A DNA stretch of 63,629 bases, counting the filler, from Octopus bimaculoides (lineage: Eukaryota), in NCBI RefSeq assembly GCF_001194135.2. It is 8 parts of 7 records of this genome, joined end to end, with 100 filler letters (N's around TTAATTAATTAA, not from the genome) between each part and the next. Parts side by side here need not be neighbours in the genome. Positions count along the whole stretch, not along the records: positions 56,843 to 61,668 come from NC_069008.1; positions 61,769 to 63,629 come from NW_026419320.1; 6 more parts are not named here. The stretch is one strand, 5' to 3'. Position 1 is the stretch's first letter. Each line of letters opens with the position of its first letter. The translations under genes were made by a program, and so were the position numbers. This document shows, piece after piece, positions 60,777-63,629 of the stretch. The notes below the pieces were generated by a model that was not told the DNA's origin, did not search any database, and saw only the letters and a program-made list of their open reading frames with translations.

Positions 60777-61668
60777 GAGCATTAGGGCATCAGAGCTGGC
60801 TGAGAAAGTACGCAATTTTCTGGATGAAGACCGTTGTATGTCTACAGAGACATTAGGCATATAGTTTGGAGTTGGCGTAGCAACTGTACACAGAATTGTT
60901 CATGAAGATCTGAATATGCGCAAAAATTGTGCCAAGTTTGTTCTTAGGGTGCTGAGTGACGAACCGAAGGAAAGGTGCGTTGGTAACAGCACAACATTGG
61001 TTGAGCTCATTACCTCCACTTCAAGAGTACTAGAGTCTCTGGTGGCGCTTAACAAAAGCTGGATCTGCTGTTATGATCCAGTGACCAAGAGACAAAATGC
61101 CCAATGGAAGCATCTTGGCTCCCTCAGACCTACGAAGGCCAGGCAAAGGAAGTCCGCCGGGAGGCTCAAGAGGAACCCCCCTTTTGACAGCAATGACATC
61201 ATCTACATCCACTGGCACCCCTCGTGACAGACAGTCAACAAAGAGTACTTTATGGAAGTTTGGAGGGAGTTCAGGAAGAGGTTTTGTCGCAAATGACCAG
61301 AATTCTTCCATTCGAGTTGATGGCATCTCTACCAAGACAACACACAGTACACAATCCCATCTGGTAGCCAACTACTTGACAGAAATGGGTATCAGAATTG
61401 TCCCTCACTATAGTCCGGCCCTTGCTTCTTTCGACTTTTTGGTTGTTCCGGCGGCTGAAGGAGAGCCTCATTTCGACGACATTGAGAAGATAAAGGGGGG
61501 GGGCTGTGACAAAACTGCAGGATACTTTCACTCTGCGGGATTTCCATGGGATCTTGACAAAGTGACGGGAGTGCAACAACAAGCGCAGTGAAGCCAAAAG
61601 ATTCTACTTTGAAGAAGATTAGTGATTTCATACTTATTTCAAACTAATTAATGTCTCTCCTGGAATAC
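60776..61668 (+). pseudogene. mariner transposase relic (5' end lost in gap)
   Basis: HRIVHEDLNMRK.CAKFV.RVL, SWICCYDP.TKRQ..QWKH, WHLYQDN, HYSPALASFDF. Confidence 0.9.
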
Positions 61669-61768
61669 NNNNNNNNNNNNNNNNNNNNNNNNNNNNNNNN
61701 NNNNNNNNNNNNTTAATTAATTAANNNNNNNNNNNNNNNNNNNNNNNNNNNNNNNNNNNNNNNNNNNN
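61669..61768. other. Artificial scaffold joint
   Basis: N44-TTAATTAATTAA-N44. Confidence 0.95.
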
Positions 61769-61779
61769 AATAATAATAA

Positions 61780-61845
61780 TCCTTTCAACTATAGGCACAA
61801 GGCCTGAAATTTGTGGGGGTGGGGTTAAGTCAATTACAGAGGTCT
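61780..61845 (-). mobile_element. SINE family B, 3' end
   Basis: TATAGGCACAAGGCCTGAAATTTG. Confidence 0.75.
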
Positions 61846-62896
61846 CTATAACATCAAACTCAGAACTTATGTTATGTATTAGATACGTAATGAAAAGACC
61901 CATAAGATTTACATAACATAGAGGATATGATGTTATTCCAACTTGCTTACATATTACGTAGAGCCCTTTTAATAAATATTTCGTCTTTTGTATTTAGTTC
62001 TCAAAATACTTGATGTGAACTCGTGCGCTGAAGCATATTTTATTGTATCTTGGAAGGGTCATTATGCACTGGTTGTATTTCACTTCTTTATTATTTATTT
62101 TCCAATTGGTTAACTATTTAGTCAACAAACTAATCGACTGTTTGATTAATCGTTCGGTCAATCAATCAATAATTCAATCAATCAATCAATCAATCAGCCA
62201 ATCAATCAATCAATCACTCAATTGGTTAAGTTTGTCAAAGTCCTTTCGTGCCATTTGCCGTCTCATCAATGACATGTCCTCTCTACGTGCTTAACGCAAA
62301 ACAGAAACATAAGCCATACAGTATCCCTCACTGGAAATCGAAACCAGGTCCCGTATACAACATTCTGCAAGATTGCTCTCATTCGATCCATACCTTGTTA
62401 CTATTAGCTCAGAGATTTTACCAAAGCGTCGCCTAATCGCGAGGTATTAGCGTTGTGGAGCATCTAGCTCGGTGTTCCTTGTTCTCTCATAGGAACGGAA
62501 AGTACTTTGGGTGATTCAACTCATTTTCCTAAGCGGCTTATCAAGTATAAATTTAAACGGTAAATAATATTTGAAATCATTCGCTTTCGTATGCCTGAGA
62601 ATAACGATAACACATTAATAAATGAGGCAAGTTTGGCAATGAAATAACCAGGTTATCGTTGGCTGAAAGAAACGCTATTTTTTCCAGCTCGCCATCGATC
62701 GAGCAAGGTGTGGAGGCAGTTAAGAGATTTTCTTTCTTTTGTTCATTTATAAATTCCAATGAAGCGCATCATGTCGGCGTGTTTAGATTAAAACTTATTA
62801 AATATAGTAATATTTATACTTCAATTATTTCTCCGCTATGCTCACATTATCTCGTTTTGATTTCTGCTTGTTTGTTTGTTTGTGTGTGTGTGTTTC

Positions 62897-62937
<41 letters not shown>

Positions 62938-63086
62938 GTCTCTCTCTCTCTCTCACACACACGCAGTAAAACATGCATACATACATTGTGTTAATCTATA
63001 GAAAAAAATGAAGTTTGTATGTGAATACAAATTACTACATATGCATATACACATTAACTACAAAGGCATTATTCTTATATACATGC

Positions 63087-63120
<34 letters not shown>

Positions 63121-63629
63121 GTAGATAGGAAGATATAGATATAAATATATATGTGTATATATGCATATATATATACATGTGTATGTGTGTGCATATATTT
63201 ATATACATTCATATATATATTTGTATATGTGGTTGTACATGANNNNNNNNNNAAATATATAATTGCAACATCGATTTTTCTGAACCTTTGGTTTCAAAAC
63301 CATTTCAAATAACTGATTTTTCCGAACCTAGGGTGGCCACCTCAAATTAAACAAATATTAAATTTCCTTAAATTAAATGAAATTCAGGTACCTGTGAATT
63401 AGTATAATTGACACGAGTTTGTTAATATTATACTGTACAATGTACTGCGAATCAGGGCCGCCTGGTAAACCAGTCTGGCAGCTGCTGAAATTTGAAGTTC
63501 CTGTTCGTAAATTGGTGTGGATTATAAGAGGTTCCGGATTATTAGCACCAGGGAAGTTGTTGCAGAACATGTATTACACACTCATGCACGAACGTAAGTG
63601 TAGATACACACACAGATACACACACACAC

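Noticed and set aside
5704-60864. Long ORFs made mostly of X
   Set aside because: They run through N gaps and carry no coding information

Overview
AT-rich, microsatellite-dense eukaryotic DNA from a draft assembly. The repeat content suggests an octopus-type coleoid cephalopod (inference, not proven). The window is not one locus: seven identical 100-bp artificial joints (N44-TTAATTAATTAA-N44) split it into eight segments, and there are many ordinary N gaps. No complete host gene can be supported, only a few weak exon candidates. Almost all recognisable sequence is mobile DNA: at least four SINE-like families, DD37D (maT) and mariner transposase relics, MITEs of hAT, pogo, mariner and piggyBac type, Helentron/Helitron-like elements, R4/Dong-clade LINE fragments and Penelope-type hammerhead ribozyme motifs. 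The best candidate for a new system is a ~500-bp head-to-head palindromic element. Each arm has a tRNA-like Pol III promoter, a (TAA)n linker and a minimal type I hammerhead ribozyme, and the longer arm ends in a 3' stem-loop (copies or fragments at 24.1-24.6, 26.3-26.5, 35.6-36.0 and 39.5 kb). Also notable are a MITE carrying (TTAGGG)n repeats and an 86-nt near-perfect hairpin overlapping a candidate exon's splice acceptor. All calls were made by eye and coordinates of degenerate repeats are approximate.
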